This document shows, piece by piece, positions 10,301 to 21,530 of a stretch of 64,000 nt of DNA. The position numbers and the translations under genes are program-made. This stretch comes from a virus (lineage: Duplodnaviria > Caudoviricetes). The stretch lies in IMG/VR virus record IMGVR_UViG_3300034061_004620; one strand, 5' to 3'. The notes beneath the pieces are model-generated. The model had not been told where the DNA came from, did no database searches, and saw nothing but the letters and a program-made list of their open reading frames with translations. The first letter of the stretch is position 1. Every line of letters begins with the position of its first letter.

Positions 10301-13300
10301 ACATTAGGTGGTAGAATATAATTCTGCCCAACATTGCCTAATAGATACCCAGATACTTTGAATTTATAATTTTCTGCGTAAGTGTTATAAATTGGAACAC
10401 TTTCAAATAGGGCTGCATCTGACGATTTGGTCACGTCCGGCGATCTAAAAGTTTCCTCCGATTTAAAATATCTTGCTGGCAAATCAAAGTCCGCCCAATT
10501 ACCAGTGACCTCATCTATTTTACTGTACTGAGGAACAAATTCCTTAATAATTGTTCTATAAGGTTTAACTTCTTTAATATAATCCTCGTAAAAACTTTGA
10601 TTGTCTCTTATATAATTAGGTAGTTGTTCCAAGGTACGTAAACTGTGATATACATCAATGAAACTGCTTTTAAAAATCCAGTCTGGATTTTTTTGTTCTC
10701 CAATTATAAAGTTAACTATCGAGAAAAACAAAGTATTGAATTCTATAGCCAAACTATTGATAAGAATTTCTTTGTACACACTGTCAAAAATTTGTCCAAC
10801 TTCTTTGGCCGCCACTGGATCAAAATCAACTATATCAAACACCGTTGAATCAAATCCTGCTCCATATTTTATTTCATACAGAGTGTCTTTGAATTGTACT
10901 GATGCATTTTGCGCTGCAATCAAAGTCAAACTCAAATCGGCTTCTACATTAAAGATTAACCAATTGCCTATTCCATCATCTAAAATTTTTACATAATCAT
11001 TTGGTATTAAATTTAGCGACAAAATCTGACCATAAGTGTCAACTACGTATTTTATTTCTTTACCGGTTTCGTATTGTTCGCTGTACCAATCTATTTTGCT
11101 CCACCATATAGATGTTTTATAACTCTGAATAATGTCTAACTCGAACTTTTTTGTGTTGCCGTTAAACTTGTAAAGTGTCCATCTTCCATCAAATCTGGCA
11201 TCATTCCTAATTAAAATTGTGTATCCGTCTGCAAATGCATCAACATCTAAATATTCAATTTCAGTAAACGAGCCGGCTTCGGCATCATATCCTGAAGGGA
11301 CAACATCTTCGGAATATAAAGTAGCCGGGTTTGAAATTAATAAAACAGGATTTTTTTCAAAAATTCTATTCAACTGCAAAACAAAATTCTTTAATGCTGA
11401 TAATCTGTTTACAAAGATTCCCTGTCTTGGCCTTATTAATAAACCAATACTGTTCTCAAGAGGCAGTTTTGGGTCAGGTACAATTTTACCTGAATCATCA
11501 AAACCCACAAGACTATCTTTCATTTTGTTAAGAATACGTGCAGGTATTTTTTCGTTTGGATTTCCTTGCTGTATCAATTGATATTCGTTATGTATAAGAT
11601 TTGTATTCCTTGAAACAGCGGTGTCAACATGTAATACCACGTCGTTAGCTATTAAATTATTAGAAATATTGTACAAGGCCAAGCTATTCTGCGACAACGC
11701 AGCCATGTATGGAATATTTTGATCTTTTGGATTACTAATATATTTTTCCAAAGATTGAATACTTAGAGATCTCTTAGATTGTAATACATCTACAGAAGTT
11801 TTATTTCCCACCCAATAGTAATACTTTTGTGATATGATTCCAGTTGACGGATCTACTATAGTTACGCTTGTATAAGCCGAATTGTCTGGATACTTAGGGA
11901 TACCGTCTTGTCCAGAATTAGTATACTGACTTGGTAGGAAATTGCTTTCTACCCATTCGTAAATTTTGACTTGACTACCAGGAAAAAGAGATCCCCAATT
12001 TTTTTCTCTATACTGCAATGGGCCTTGCTCATATTCGATAAAACTTGACTGACTGGTGTCAAACCATGTCTTCCCAACGTGACGCGACGACCAATAAAAA
12101 TTACTATTTTGAATTTGATTGGTTCCTTGTGCCACGTTATACGCAGCAGGATCAAATTCTTCTTTGTAGTCCAATTCTTGGTCTACTATTCCTAACAATT
12201 TTCCTTTGGCTGGATCGTAAATATCGAAGAATGAAATAATTTGTTGCTGTTTTTTATTATAGATAAAAGCAGAATTGATTGTGGCCGGGTCAACTTGTTT
12301 TTCCTTGTATCTTATTAAATCCCAACCGCCTGTGTTGTTTTCGTTATAGTAAGCATAGATACTTCCTCCACCAGATACAATATTATAGTCGTTGGTAACG
12401 CCGGCTACAAGTGTGCCATTGTAGATACTGGTACTGGCACCAAAATTAAATCCGGTATCTAAGTCGGGTCCTACAAGTTTTTGAGTATAGGCAAAAATTG
12501 CTGGATTGTCTTGCGATTCAAAAGGATTTTCCATCAAATCATATATGTAGACTGCCCCTGAATCTTTGGCTAATGCAACAAAGGTTGTGCTATTACTATC
12601 AAATGTTGTTAATGTGAACGAAGTGTCAAATGTGGTTGGCACAGAAATGTCGGCACCGTCGCTGGTCACCGCCAACATTCCCGACACTTGTGACAAAGCT
12701 AATGCTGTACCAAATCTTTCTCCGTTCAAATTTGGATGCTTAATTGTTTGAGCAGCGGTATAAATTTCTATGCCTAAATCGTATATAACAGTTCCTACAC
12801 CCATCTTTATGTCAAGTTTATTGTTAGCTACTGCACTATCACTTGTGATTTTTATTTTATTGTTGAAATTTTCAGCTTGTACGCCTGGAATACTGGCTGC
12901 ATTAATAAGCGATATTACACTTGCTAAAGTTGTTCCGGCCACTGTAAGTGTTCGGTCATTGATAACAAAAGTATCACCGGGCACTACAGTAGGATTTTCA
13001 ATTGTTCCTGTCACAATCCCATAAACTCTACCGTTGTTTACATAACGAGTAACCAATCCTTCACTGTAATGCTGTTCGGCATAGTAAGGACTTGCTACAT
13101 AAACATTGCACCCGGTGTTGCATACTGCCACCGCACTACCAAATTTTTGTCCTATGATGCCACTTATTGACGGGTACAAATCTTGGGTAGGTTGAAAATT
13201 ATTTGTTTCGACTCTTATTTTTTGGCCTATCACAGGTGTAGCAAATGGAGGAAACTGTATAGCACTGCTGCCAATCAAATAGTAATCAGTTCCTTGTACT

Positions 13301-16300
13301 AATTCTTGATTATTAAATGTAACTCTAAAAACATCCGCAACTGGCTGCGGCAAATTGAAAGTTCCAGAAACTCCGTCGGTGGTAAATTCTGCTATTGTTC
13401 TATGATAAACATTTACTTTACCGTTGTTGTCAATATCAAAATTCGTATCCAAGTTTGATCCTACTACTATCACAGACCCGTCCTTGTTGGTCACAACAGA
13501 CGTACCAAAGTTAGCGCCTGGAGTTGAGCCCGATATAGTGCCTATCAATTTATAAAACTTTGATCTTCTAATTAAATCAATGCGTTCAAAATTTACTGGG
13601 GCAGCAACGAAACTAATGTTGTCTACTGGTCCATTATTTGATACAGTTATTGTTAAATTGTTTGCAGGTGCAGAGCCACCAAGGCTACTACCCAATATTG
13701 TTAATGTATCGCCATTGGCGTAACCAGATCCGCCGTTGATTCTTGATACTGAATAGGCGCCAGAATTGCTATTAATAACAGTAAATGTGGCGCCAGATCC
13801 TGTACCACCTGTAGCTGCTAAGTTATTGTAAGTTAGTGTTCCGGCACCAGTAGCACCGGTACCTACGGTTGTAAAGTCTATAACGGCATTGGCAGCGGTT
13901 GTTAAAGTATAGTCCACTGTAGGAATATATTCAGCCGATCGCAGTGTAGCAAAAACTACAACATCACTCCTGCTATCTACTGCTGAGGTGAGAGTAAAAT
14001 CTGTAGCACTACCAGTGCCTACTATGCTTTGAGCACCTTCTGTTCTTGTTACGAGTGCATAACAAAGCACTTTATCTGCCCCAGGAGAACCAATGTACAT
14101 ATAACTGCCGTCGTGACTCATTGCAATTGCACTGCCAAAATAATCTGTAGCTACACCTGTGTCGTCGGTAATAATCTGAATTAAAACTCCATTGTCATAC
14201 ATGTACACGTAGCCTGTTCCAGACTGACTATCTGGAGCTCCTACAGCAAAGTATCCATTGCCATTGGCAACCACTTTGCCGTAGCTATCTAATCCTGTGC
14301 TGTTGCCCCAGAAAAATGAACTTGGTGCCCATGAGTTATTACCGGCACGAACAAAAATAGCTGCTCTGCCTGTTCCTGAGTTTGGGGCACCAGCATACAA
14401 AAGTGTTCCTGTGCTTGGATCCAGACTTACTGCCTGTCCAAAATTATCATTACCGCTCATCTTACTTGGATCTAATTCTACTTTGTTGATAAACTTCCAA
14501 GGACTTGTTTTGTTATATACTCCCCAATTTTGTTCGGCGTCTAAGTTGTTAACCCATATTTTATCGTTTTCTACCCAACCCTGAACTGGTCTCACAGACT
14601 CAACATCGCTGGGTACATTTATTTTAGTTGAAGTAAGTTGAAATAATATTCCCGAACCCCCTACTGCTTGTTCGTCTTTTATTTTTTGTAAATTTTGATA
14701 CATGGTAATAGTAAATCTATTTGTATCTACTACGCTAATAACTTTGTAAACTCCATCATACCTCGAATCAAAATTCTTAATTACGATCAGATCAGATTCT
14801 GACAAGCCATGATCTCTATCAAAATAAACTTCTACAGTATCATCAATAATATATCTCAATGCAAATAGCGATCCTTCGATTAAACTGGCTCTATACACGT
14901 TCCAATTTTTTGTAAAGTCTCTTGCTACCCAAATCTTGTATCCTATACCAATGTTATTAACAATGGTTGTTAAAGTTTCATAATCTTCTATGTCAAAGAT
15001 AGTGGCATCAATATCGTCAAGATTTACGAATCCTGCCACCGGTAAAGACTTATAGACCTTGGGTTGACTATTGGTTTCTGCTGCAAAAAGTTTGGCCGCG
15101 TATTCGCCAGCAGACTTAAAAATATCACTTTGATCAAATGCAACGACGTCTGGTTCTTTGACAACTGTGTCATCTACAAATTGTAAAGCAGTAGGGTTAC
15201 TACTAAATGCAGATTCATTTAATTCAATTTCTATAAATTTATTAACGTCAGTAGCACCATATTCGCCTATCCTTACTGCCCAGTTTTCATAAAAATTAAC
15301 TTGAGTTTCAAGATTGTTAAAGTTAGCGCCTTTTAGAGCATTTATAGCATTTACTGTACCTTTTTGCTTTATCAACCCTTGGTAAAATTTACTCTGTGTG
15401 GTTGCGTCAATACCAAGATTATTAAAGTATTGTCTATTTCTAAATCCAATTAATCCATTGCTGAATAATTGAGAATCCTCGGCAATTGGTTGGTTATCTA
15501 TGTCGTAAAAATTCACCCCTTGCTGAGCATTTGTTGCAAAATTGTTGATAACTCCAGATCTTAATTCTGATGATGATATCAATTTCCATAAGTTGGTTTG
15601 GAATTGGTCTGAAGCAGTAACATTTTGTGTGGCTGTGTAAAATCTAAATTTGTATTTGACTATAGACCCTTTTAAATAATCCTGCCCAGGTAACCATTCA
15701 TCCACTTTATCGCTGCTGTAGATAAAACCTGGCAATTCTAAACTGCCGTTCCACCCACTGGTTTTTGCGCCTACCAACTTCAATCTATATTGTCTATTAC
15801 CCAGTTCTGGTACGTATAGAATATCATTGAAAACCGTGATATTGTCTAAAATTAAAAGATGTTCAAATTGAACCAAATTTAATTCAGCGAAGCCGATAGT
15901 TTGATTTGCATTTGATTTAAATGTAAATGTGTTGCTACTTCTATAAGCAGTAAAATTATTTTTGATGATTGGTTTGAAATTGACGTCTAACACCCTACTC
16001 GAATAAGGAGTATTTTTAATCTCGTCCACAACCGACGATTCGTCAAAAACTTTCAGTTCAGTGCTTACCGGACTCAACACAATTATATTACCCGATTTCC
16101 ATCCTTGTGTGCTCCAGTGTAAAAACTCTTTAGCACTTAAAATCCAGTCTTTTTGTTCTTTTAAGTCATTGTCTCTATCAACAAAAATAAATCCTTGAGC
16201 CAACAAATATCTTTGGTAACTTACTAAAAAATCAACAACTTGTTGCCGTGAATTAAATTCAAAACCATACGGCACAGTGTACTTGGCATTTTTAAAATCT

Positions 16301-19300
16301 TTATAGATGATGCCGCGTTCTTTCCCAGCTGTGATACTATATGCATTATTATTCACTTGGCTCGGAATAATAAAAAAATAAGGATTTGTTAAATCAAAAC
16401 CACTTACTGTATACCCGCCTGGACTTTTTTCTACAATAACTGCACTGTAGGTAATTTTATTAACCGGACTTCCTTTGTAAAGCTCTATTCTATAATTTTC
16501 CTCCGGTACAACCACACTGTCGTTAATGCTGCTGGGACTGCTTTGTTCAGCCAATAATTCAATAAATCGTTTGTCGGTGTATCCGGCCATTTTGTATGCC
16601 AGCTGTACGTCAAGCTCACTTAAATTTTCTTTAATTTGTGCAGCAGCATCTCCTATGCCCAAATTTTTAACGTAATCTCTTATCCAGTTTAAGTAACCGG
16701 CATTGCGTTCAATAGTGCCGTTGTTATCATAGCCTTGAATCAAGAGTGCAGTAGGAGTAATGTGTTGCCCTGTGGCTGAAATTTCAAATTGACCAGTGAT
16801 TGGATTTCTAATATAATTTTGAGTATTTGCCAACAAAGAAAAATACTTTGCTGGCTTGGCCAATGCCAATGCCATTTGTATAGCGTAAGGGAATTCACTG
16901 CTTCTACGCCATGCAGCTTCAACAGGACCAATATCCCCAACAGCGTAGCTGGTATTTGCTTTTGTGCTATCAAAATCGGCTATTAAACCAAATTGTTGCC
17001 CAGTTACCGTGTTGTAACCTCCTATTTCTGTAGGTGGTCGCAAATTACCATTTTCGTCTACTGGTATCATAAACGACAAATTAGGACGTTGATATCTTGA
17101 ATCAAATCCAATTCTTGGACCATCATGAATGTAACCTAAACTAAGGTCGCTCCATAAAATACTATTTCCTCCAGTGTATGGAGCAGGGCCATATCTATCT
17201 TCCCAGTAGCTTGGCTTTTCGCTGAATCCCAACATTTCCCACGGGTGTGTATGCGGTCTATCAGTATCGTAAAAATATTTGAAGATACTACGCCACGACC
17301 CAGGCGAGCTTTCGCCATTAACTGCATCAATAAATTTTTTATAATTCCACGTGAAAGGATCGGATGCCACAAAATAATCATTAGTGGTATAATCAACCCT
17401 ATTAGTGCCAATCCAAGATAAAAATCCTTGACTTAGAATTTGATTAAATTCTCCAAGCGAATAATCAGTTACTCTAAACTTACCCGGCAAATAGTCGTAC
17501 AAATTAAAAATATTTGTATCATAGACTACCTTGATATTGTTGTAGATACGACGTTCTAATTCTAAGATAAGTTGGTCTCTAAAATCACCAAAAGCAGGCA
17601 TGATACTGCCGTCATGTCCTTGAATAACGTCAATTGGTTGTCTATAAGTGTCGTCGGTATAAATTTCAGGATAGTATTTGGGATACATGCCCATCTTAGT
17701 CGGAGTCTCGGGCACAAAACAACCATCGGTATTATTGTATTCAACAATATCGATTCTGTCTCCGTACAATAAACCAAAACTTTCTGTTATTTCTACTGCC
17801 GGTCGATCTTGTCTCAAGAAATAATCTCTATCTTTGATTAGAAGAGTTTTTTGCTCAATATTGTTTATAGTTCTTGTTAAATAAACTAACACAGATTTGT
17901 TACTAATAACTGTGTCAACAAAAATTTTGTTAATTTCATAGGTCTTAATATCAGGATCTAACACAGTGTACGTAGGAATAATAACTCGTTCATTAGGTCC
18001 ATATGGCAGCATGTCGCTATAAAACCACGGAAAACTATCATTTTTAACTGCGTTTATAGTCAACATTATTTGATCAACACTACCAGGAATATCATCTCTA
18101 TCTAATTCTAAATTGCCTGCTAATTCAATGAATTTAATTTTAAATTTTGAATATTCTCTATTGGCCAACTTAATGGAATCAACGAAATTCATTGTTGGGT
18201 GATTAAGAAATAGTCCAGCATATACCACCGGCGCACTATGCTGTAATACACTACCTCCTTGATTTACATATTGAATATCTCTTAAATTACTATTACCAGG
18301 CACTGATCCTTGAACATTTAGACTGTTGTTTTTTAACGTGATTAAATGGTTTCGTAATTGCCCTAATGTTAATGTAGTTAAATTACTATTCAATCCGTTT
18401 ACGTCAAGATTGAGTGGTACTTCGTAGTAAGCTTTATTTGATGTAAAATTTTTGTTGAAGATACTAATGAAAATAATATCGTCTTTTTTAATTAAATCAG
18501 GACTTACCAAAATTGCATACTGATCCACTACCTTAGTTAAAACAAAACTACCTATGTTTAAAATTTGATTATTGACAGTAATTTTGATGTTCGGATTAAT
18601 TACGCTGCTATCGGGCGGATTGTCGATTGGAAACAAATTGGTCTCACCATCATACGTAAATTGATAGTTTTGGTATTGTTTAGAAAAATCTCTATTGATT
18701 GTCCAGATATTCTGTCGCTGATTTATTTCTGAACTTAGATTTTTTTGTAAATACCCAGAATTAACTTCAATTGTTTCAACTGCCCCGTTGGCCAACAGAT
18801 AGGTAAATGTGTCCGAATCAAAATTATTGTCAAATTGAATATCACCTTGACTTACAAAGTTTTTATAACTTAACGGAAATCCTATCACAGGATCAGCGGA
18901 TCCTGTACCTTTTTGGTACGAAAATATTTTTGTGCCTTTGAACGTTGTTCCTGAATAAGTTAAGTTATCCCCAAAACTTATTCCGTTGTCATTGATAATG
19001 TCAAATAATGGTTCCTGGCTGTATTCTGTTTTGGTTTGTGACGCAGTCCACAAAGATCCATTGTAGTGCCATTGTTTGCCCCCGTTGGTTCCAGATAATA
19101 CCACTACAGTGTTTCTTTCTACAATGTTGGTATCATCAGTTTCCTGTATATAAGCTTTATAAATCACAGAAGGTGGGAATTCCGTGGTCGCTTCAATTGT
19201 GAAATTATAAATTTTATTACGCACATCATTGTTGATATCATTGCTAAAGATCACTCTATCGCCATGTGTAAGAGTCAAGTTACCTATCGTTAGTGTAGTC

Positions 19301-21519
19301 TCATCTACACAAATTACTCCTTGTACTTGTGTAAATGCATTTTGTATAGTGGTGTCTAAGATATCAACAGGTTGTTTTGCTTCTGCACCAAAATTGAATA
19401 ATTGCAAACTGTCATTGAATTCAATAATAGGCCTGCTTGCTCTTGAATTTTGATTGTAAATTGCAATACGGCCGTTATACTCTGCCGTTTTTTCAATCAC
19501 ATCCATGTGGAACCATCTATTGGCTCGACTCCATGGATTTCTATCAAGACTTGAACGCTTTATTGTGATGTAGTCTGGTAAAACTGGTTGTAGATATGCA
19601 TTTAATAATGCTTCGCTTCCGGAACCGCCTTCCAGTTTAACTGGGTTTTGTGGTAAAATAGAATAAGTGCCTCTATCTTTGATAAAGAAATCTTTTATTG
19701 GGCCAGATGTGGGAGGGGCTATAGTTACAGTTGGAGGGGATGTGTAGTTGAGGCCTGCAGCATCAATTATAATATTTGTAACAACTCCATTGCTTATAAC
19801 TGCATGAGCAAATGCACTGGGATTTCCTGTTGGGGCCGAATCAATAGTTACTGCAGGTGCTGATAGATATCCTGATCCACCATTTACAATTGTTATGTTG
19901 TTTACTACCCCGGTTGTTGAATTTATCGAGGCAATAGCTGTGGCAGTGTCTAAAACTATGTCTTTCACAACCACAGTTGCATCCGCAGTACCTGTTCCTC
20001 CAGTAAAATTTAATCTATCTCCAATGACATAATCTTGACCTGCTTCGAGCACAGTACTGCTGTTAATTGATTCAATTGATACCAAGTCAGATTCTGGTAT
20101 CAGCACTATAGCAGATCCTACACCTTCTACGTAGTAATTAGTATTCTGCCATTGAGCCAATGCACTGCTATCAAACTTGACTTTTAAACCGTTGGTGAAT
20201 GTTATACCGTTTGGACTTTTATACTCAGTTCTTCCTATTATATCAACCAGTGGATCAATCACACTGTCTGTAGGTGCTACTAAGTTAATAAGGCCACTTG
20301 CATCATCATTTTCGCCACTCTGATAAAATAAAAAATCTTGGGGAGCAGTGATAAACGGCACCAACGTCAACAAATTCAATCTACTATAAAATTCTCTACC
20401 TGCGTAAGTTTGACCACCCTTGATTTTGACTTTGTGCTCGTTTGCAACTTGCAATTTAGGAAACAACACAATGCGTTCTACGTTGTCTTGATCTCTTTCA
20501 ATTTTAATTGTGAAGATGCCTGTTCTTTGCGAAAAAGGTATCAACTTGTTTTCATCAAAATATACTATACCATCTTCTATTCTTGCACTATCGTTCCAAA
20601 AAGTATCATCGATGTACTCTACATTAGTGAACACCACCGAGGCATTATCAAGATATCGAACTGGTCCGTCAATTCCTCCCAAGCTGGAAATTAATTCTTC
20701 TGGATTGGCACCTAACAGTTGGTGAAAACCAAGCGTGGTGGCATAATCAACTGTGTCAACTAATGGCATTGATGTCCACTGACTTTGCGCCGACGATGAA
20801 GGTACTGTGAATCTTATTGTACCTACATCTGCTCCGTTATTGGTAACACCTAACACTTGTCTGGTTGTTAAGTTCAGAAAACTCGGATCTAACCCGTTCG
20901 CACCAGGTCTGCTCTGAATAAAAAATTCATTTCCTGGTTCATTTATTACAAAGTCATATGTACCGCCTCGTGCCAATGTCAAAGTTGGATTGGGAGTTTC
21001 GCCGTACTCGCTAAATTTATAGATACCTTGAACACTGTCATACGTTACAGTAAACGATTGCTGTAGTTTTACTCCATTTGCAGTGACAGTTACAGGATCT
21101 GGACCGTTTGGTAGCCAATAATATTGACTAAAATTAACAAATTTGTCAAGATCAATTTTAGGATCATACGTGTAATATTCATTATCAAACAGTCTATTAT
21201 GATTGTCTACCAACCCTCCATGATACCTCAACTTGTTGATTAAATCAATATAAGTAGTAGCAAATTCAATTTCGCCGGTGACACTATTCTTGATAATTAG
21301 AGAAGGTTCCAGCTGATAGTTTTGTCTTTCTTTGTTGTTTTCTAAAATATAACTGTCATTAATTTTATACGATGGAGCCAGTTTTCTACCAATATAGCCA
21401 TTAATTTTTTTCAGCGAGGGTTCATTTACCAACTGGTCCAGCGTGGCATTAAGAAATTTTTTATTTGTTTCAGTCTGAAAAATTTCAGGTAAAAATTGAT
21501 GTGTTTTAATAACAGCCAT
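7327..21519 (-). CDS. Giant (4730 aa) baseplate wedge protein, gp7-like, with FG-GAP-like and WDVSTA beta-propeller modules
   Basis: Uninterrupted 14.2-kb ORF directly downstream of gp6; N-terminal FLP..FQTETNKKFL.ATLDQL and C-terminal APEELIPGRIYD.LEI motifs; FG.AV.LD/FG.AIAMS repeats. Confidence 0.75.
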   Translation of the reverse strand: MAVIKTHQFLPEIFQTETNKKFLNATLDQLVNEPSLKKINGYIGRKLAPSYKINDSYILENNKERQNYQLEPSLIIKNSVTGEIEFATTYIDLINKLRYHGGLVDNHNRLFDNEYYTYDPKIDLDKFVNFSQYYWLPNGPDPVTVTANGVKLQQSFTVTYDSVQGIYKFSEYGETPNPTLTLARGGTYDFVINEPGNEFFIQSRPGANGLDPSFLNLTTRQVLGVTNNGADVGTIRFTVPSSSAQSQWTSMPLVDTVDYATTLGFHQLLGANPEELISSLGGIDGPVRYLDNASVVFTNVEYIDDTFWNDSARIEDGIVYFDENKLIPFSQRTGIFTIKIERDQDNVERIVLFPKLQVANEHKVKIKGGQTYAGREFYSRLNLLTLVPFITAPQDFLFYQSGENDDASGLINLVAPTDSVIDPLVDIIGRTEYKSPNGITFTNGLKVKFDSSALAQWQNTNYYVEGVGSAIVLIPESDLVSIESINSSTVLEAGQDYVIGDRLNFTGGTGTADATVVVKDIVLDTATAIASINSTTGVVNNITIVNGGSGYLSAPAVTIDSAPTGNPSAFAHAVISNGVVTNIIIDAAGLNYTSPPTVTIAPPTSGPIKDFFIKDRGTYSILPQNPVKLEGGSGSEALLNAYLQPVLPDYITIKRSSLDRNPWSRANRWFHMDVIEKTAEYNGRIAIYNQNSRASRPIIEFNDSLQLFNFGAEAKQPVDILDTTIQNAFTQVQGVICVDETTLTIGNLTLTHGDRVIFSNDINNDVRNKIYNFTIEATTEFPPSVIYKAYIQETDDTNIVERNTVVVLSGTNGGKQWHYNGSLWTASQTKTEYSQEPLFDIINDNGISFGDNLTYSGTTFKGTKIFSYQKGTGSADPVIGFPLSYKNFVSQGDIQFDNNFDSDTFTYLLANGAVETIEVNSGYLQKNLSSEINQRQNIWTINRDFSKQYQNYQFTYDGETNLFPIDNPPDSSVINPNIKITVNNQILNIGSFVLTKVVDQYAILVSPDLIKKDDIIFISIFNKNFTSNKAYYEVPLNLDVNGLNSNLTTLTLGQLRNHLITLKNNSLNVQGSVPGNSNLRDIQYVNQGGSVLQHSAPVVYAGLFLNHPTMNFVDSIKLANREYSKFKIKFIELAGNLELDRDDIPGSVDQIMLTINAVKNDSFPWFYSDMLPYGPNERVIIPTYTVLDPDIKTYEINKIFVDTVISNKSVLVYLTRTINNIEQKTLLIKDRDYFLRQDRPAVEITESFGLLYGDRIDIVEYNNTDGCFVPETPTKMGMYPKYYPEIYTDDTYRQPIDVIQGHDGSIMPAFGDFRDQLILELERRIYNNIKVVYDTNIFNLYDYLPGKFRVTDYSLGEFNQILSQGFLSWIGTNRVDYTTNDYFVASDPFTWNYKKFIDAVNGESSPGSWRSIFKYFYDTDRPHTHPWEMLGFSEKPSYWEDRYGPAPYTGGNSILWSDLSLGYIHDGPRIGFDSRYQRPNLSFMIPVDENGNLRPPTEIGGYNTVTGQQFGLIADFDSTKANTSYAVGDIGPVEAAWRRSSEFPYAIQMALALAKPAKYFSLLANTQNYIRNPITGQFEISATGQHITPTALLIQGYDNNGTIERNAGYLNWIRDYVKNLGIGDAAAQIKENLSELDVQLAYKMAGYTDKRFIELLAEQSSPSSINDSVVVPEENYRIELYKGSPVNKITYSAVIVEKSPGGYTVSGFDLTNPYFFIIPSQVNNNAYSITAGKERGIIYKDFKNAKYTVPYGFEFNSRQQVVDFLVSYQRYLLAQGFIFVDRDNDLKEQKDWILSAKEFLHWSTQGWKSGNIIVLSPVSTELKVFDESSVVDEIKNTPYSSRVLDVNFKPIIKNNFTAYRSSNTFTFKSNANQTIGFAELNLVQFEHLLILDNITVFNDILYVPELGNRQYRLKLVGAKTSGWNGSLELPGFIYSSDKVDEWLPGQDYLKGSIVKYKFRFYTATQNVTASDQFQTNLWKLISSSELRSGVINNFATNAQQGVNFYDIDNQPIAEDSQLFSNGLIGFRNRQYFNNLGIDATTQSKFYQGLIKQKGTVNAINALKGANFNNLETQVNFYENWAVRIGEYGATDVNKFIEIELNESAFSSNPTALQFVDDTVVKEPDVVAFDQSDIFKSAGEYAAKLFAAETNSQPKVYKSLPVAGFVNLDDIDATIFDIEDYETLTTIVNNIGIGYKIWVARDFTKNWNVYRASLIEGSLFALRYIIDDTVEVYFDRDHGLSESDLIVIKNFDSRYDGVYKVISVVDTNRFTITMYQNLQKIKDEQAVGGSGILFQLTSTKINVPSDVESVRPVQGWVENDKIWVNNLDAEQNWGVYNKTSPWKFINKVELDPSKMSGNDNFGQAVSLDPSTGTLLYAGAPNSGTGRAAIFVRAGNNSWAPSSFFWGNSTGLDSYGKVVANGNGYFAVGAPDSQSGTGYVYMYDNGVLIQIITDDTGVATDYFGSAIAMSHDGSYMYIGSPGADKVLCYALVTRTEGAQSIVGTGSATDFTLTSAVDSRSDVVVFATLRSAEYIPTVDYTLTTAANAVIDFTTVGTGATGAGTLTYNNLAATGGTGSGATFTVINSNSGAYSVSRINGGSGYANGDTLTILGSSLGGSAPANNLTITVSNNGPVDNISFVAAPVNFERIDLIRRSKFYKLIGTISGSTPGANFGTSVVTNKDGSVIVVGSNLDTNFDIDNNGKVNVYHRTIAEFTTDGVSGTFNLPQPVADVFRVTFNNQELVQGTDYYLIGSSAIQFPPFATPVIGQKIRVETNNFQPTQDLYPSISGIIGQKFGSAVAVCNTGCNVYVASPYYAEQHYSEGLVTRYVNNGRVYGIVTGTIENPTVVPGDTFVINDRTLTVAGTTLASVISLINAASIPGVQAENFNNKIKITSDSAVANNKLDIKMGVGTVIYDLGIEIYTAAQTIKHPNLNGERFGTALALSQVSGMLAVTSDGADISVPTTFDTSFTLTTFDSNSTTFVALAKDSGAVYIYDLMENPFESQDNPAIFAYTQKLVGPDLDTGFNFGASTSIYNGTLVAGVTNDYNIVSGGGSIYAYYNENNTGGWDLIRYKEKQVDPATINSAFIYNKKQQQIISFFDIYDPAKGKLLGIVDQELDYKEEFDPAAYNVAQGTNQIQNSNFYWSSRHVGKTWFDTSQSSFIEYEQGPLQYREKNWGSLFPGSQVKIYEWVESNFLPSQYTNSGQDGIPKYPDNSAYTSVTIVDPSTGIISQKYYYWVGNKTSVDVLQSKRSLSIQSLEKYISNPKDQNIPYMAALSQNSLALYNISNNLIANDVVLHVDTAVSRNTNLIHNEYQLIQQGNPNEKIPARILNKMKDSLVGFDDSGKIVPDPKLPLENSIGLLIRPRQGIFVNRLSALKNFVLQLNRIFEKNPVLLISNPATLYSEDVVPSGYDAEAGSFTEIEYLDVDAFADGYTILIRNDARFDGRWTLYKFNGNTKKFELDIIQSYKTSIWWSKIDWYSEQYETGKEIKYVVDTYGQILSLNLIPNDYVKILDDGIGNWLIFNVEADLSLTLIAAQNASVQFKDTLYEIKYGAGFDSTVFDIVDFDPVAAKEVGQIFDSVYKEILINSLAIEFNTLFFSIVNFIIGEQKNPDWIFKSSFIDVYHSLRTLEQLPNYIRDNQSFYEDYIKEVKPYRTIIKEFVPQYSKIDEVTGNWADFDLPARYFKSEETFRSPDVTKSSDAALFESVPIYNTYAENYKFKVSGYLLGNVGQNYILPPNVEIVGGGGTGAAAITTINSTTGQLTGIFVTNSGSGYTSIPTVFINGVGEGATAYPLLHNEYNQDGSYNTVRGISTSLKFDRIAYSSNIVEWQPNTAYQSTIVVDGNKANAWNLDRLRYVESTVITSQDNDVTEVFFKGDGTAMYIVGNSTDRIYQYSLNIPWDVSTAANIGAANLAPQDTNVQGLFIKDDGTEMFTIGTNTDSIYQYRLATSWMVNTASVVSSLDISSEESSPRAIELSQDGLNLYILGTLNDTVYQYTMTVPWEISTANYSGKSLSIAPKDNFPTAIRFKTDGSRLYVIGQQSDSINEYNLTTNWDVSTAVFTNSFNLETNTPTGMFVSYDGTKIYVSDSGTDEIRQYNFNSDGIIPIDSNVYITSGNLIYYNNEAYLATNANISSQSIFDFTRYNKVDSGNILLNAADRISAYYFPEVGRPGKDLEQLMFGVGFPGNEIQGKRFDANSFTFTSNIIGFNYTGMKITSANIQAVDFLENGFELDDTIRIRGQYNFDFKNDADFKVISVDHTEMMLSGPPIETIYTITLSSNVTNVQAGDYITQSNTTANAFILHDYADANVIQIIHSVTGFTVSANTIQINGVAGTAGISEIITGGTANVKITNLTIDNLLDSNIASFYKDTALGTRPEDINIVGGSYVDGYHSHAPEELIPGRIYDALEIRTFTNNSSNTATYGFREFKPMRGNIEFYRISANATTMLSANLGVADHDIFVGDVTVLPDPGAASGIPGEIFINGELIHYYQKYDSAKIAAASSWTANTFYSIDSLIAYNSNTYLVLGNVYANSTSYISNSSVRQVFVNTLSQLRRGVDGTGAATLHLANSKVVDTSLVQVLPDSAPKFATVTGNYNTTANVTWRITLGSPITANIGNYLVQSGNTANVRLLGNVVSSNTVAVHFVTGNLTIGSNVLTIFNQLNNTYLGTVANVRAMEILGQVDANGNVTLVNETITQSNLWIPLNTGVGLEGSTALAAQFIREEPSYTP

Positions 21520-21530
21520 TCTTGTTCCTA

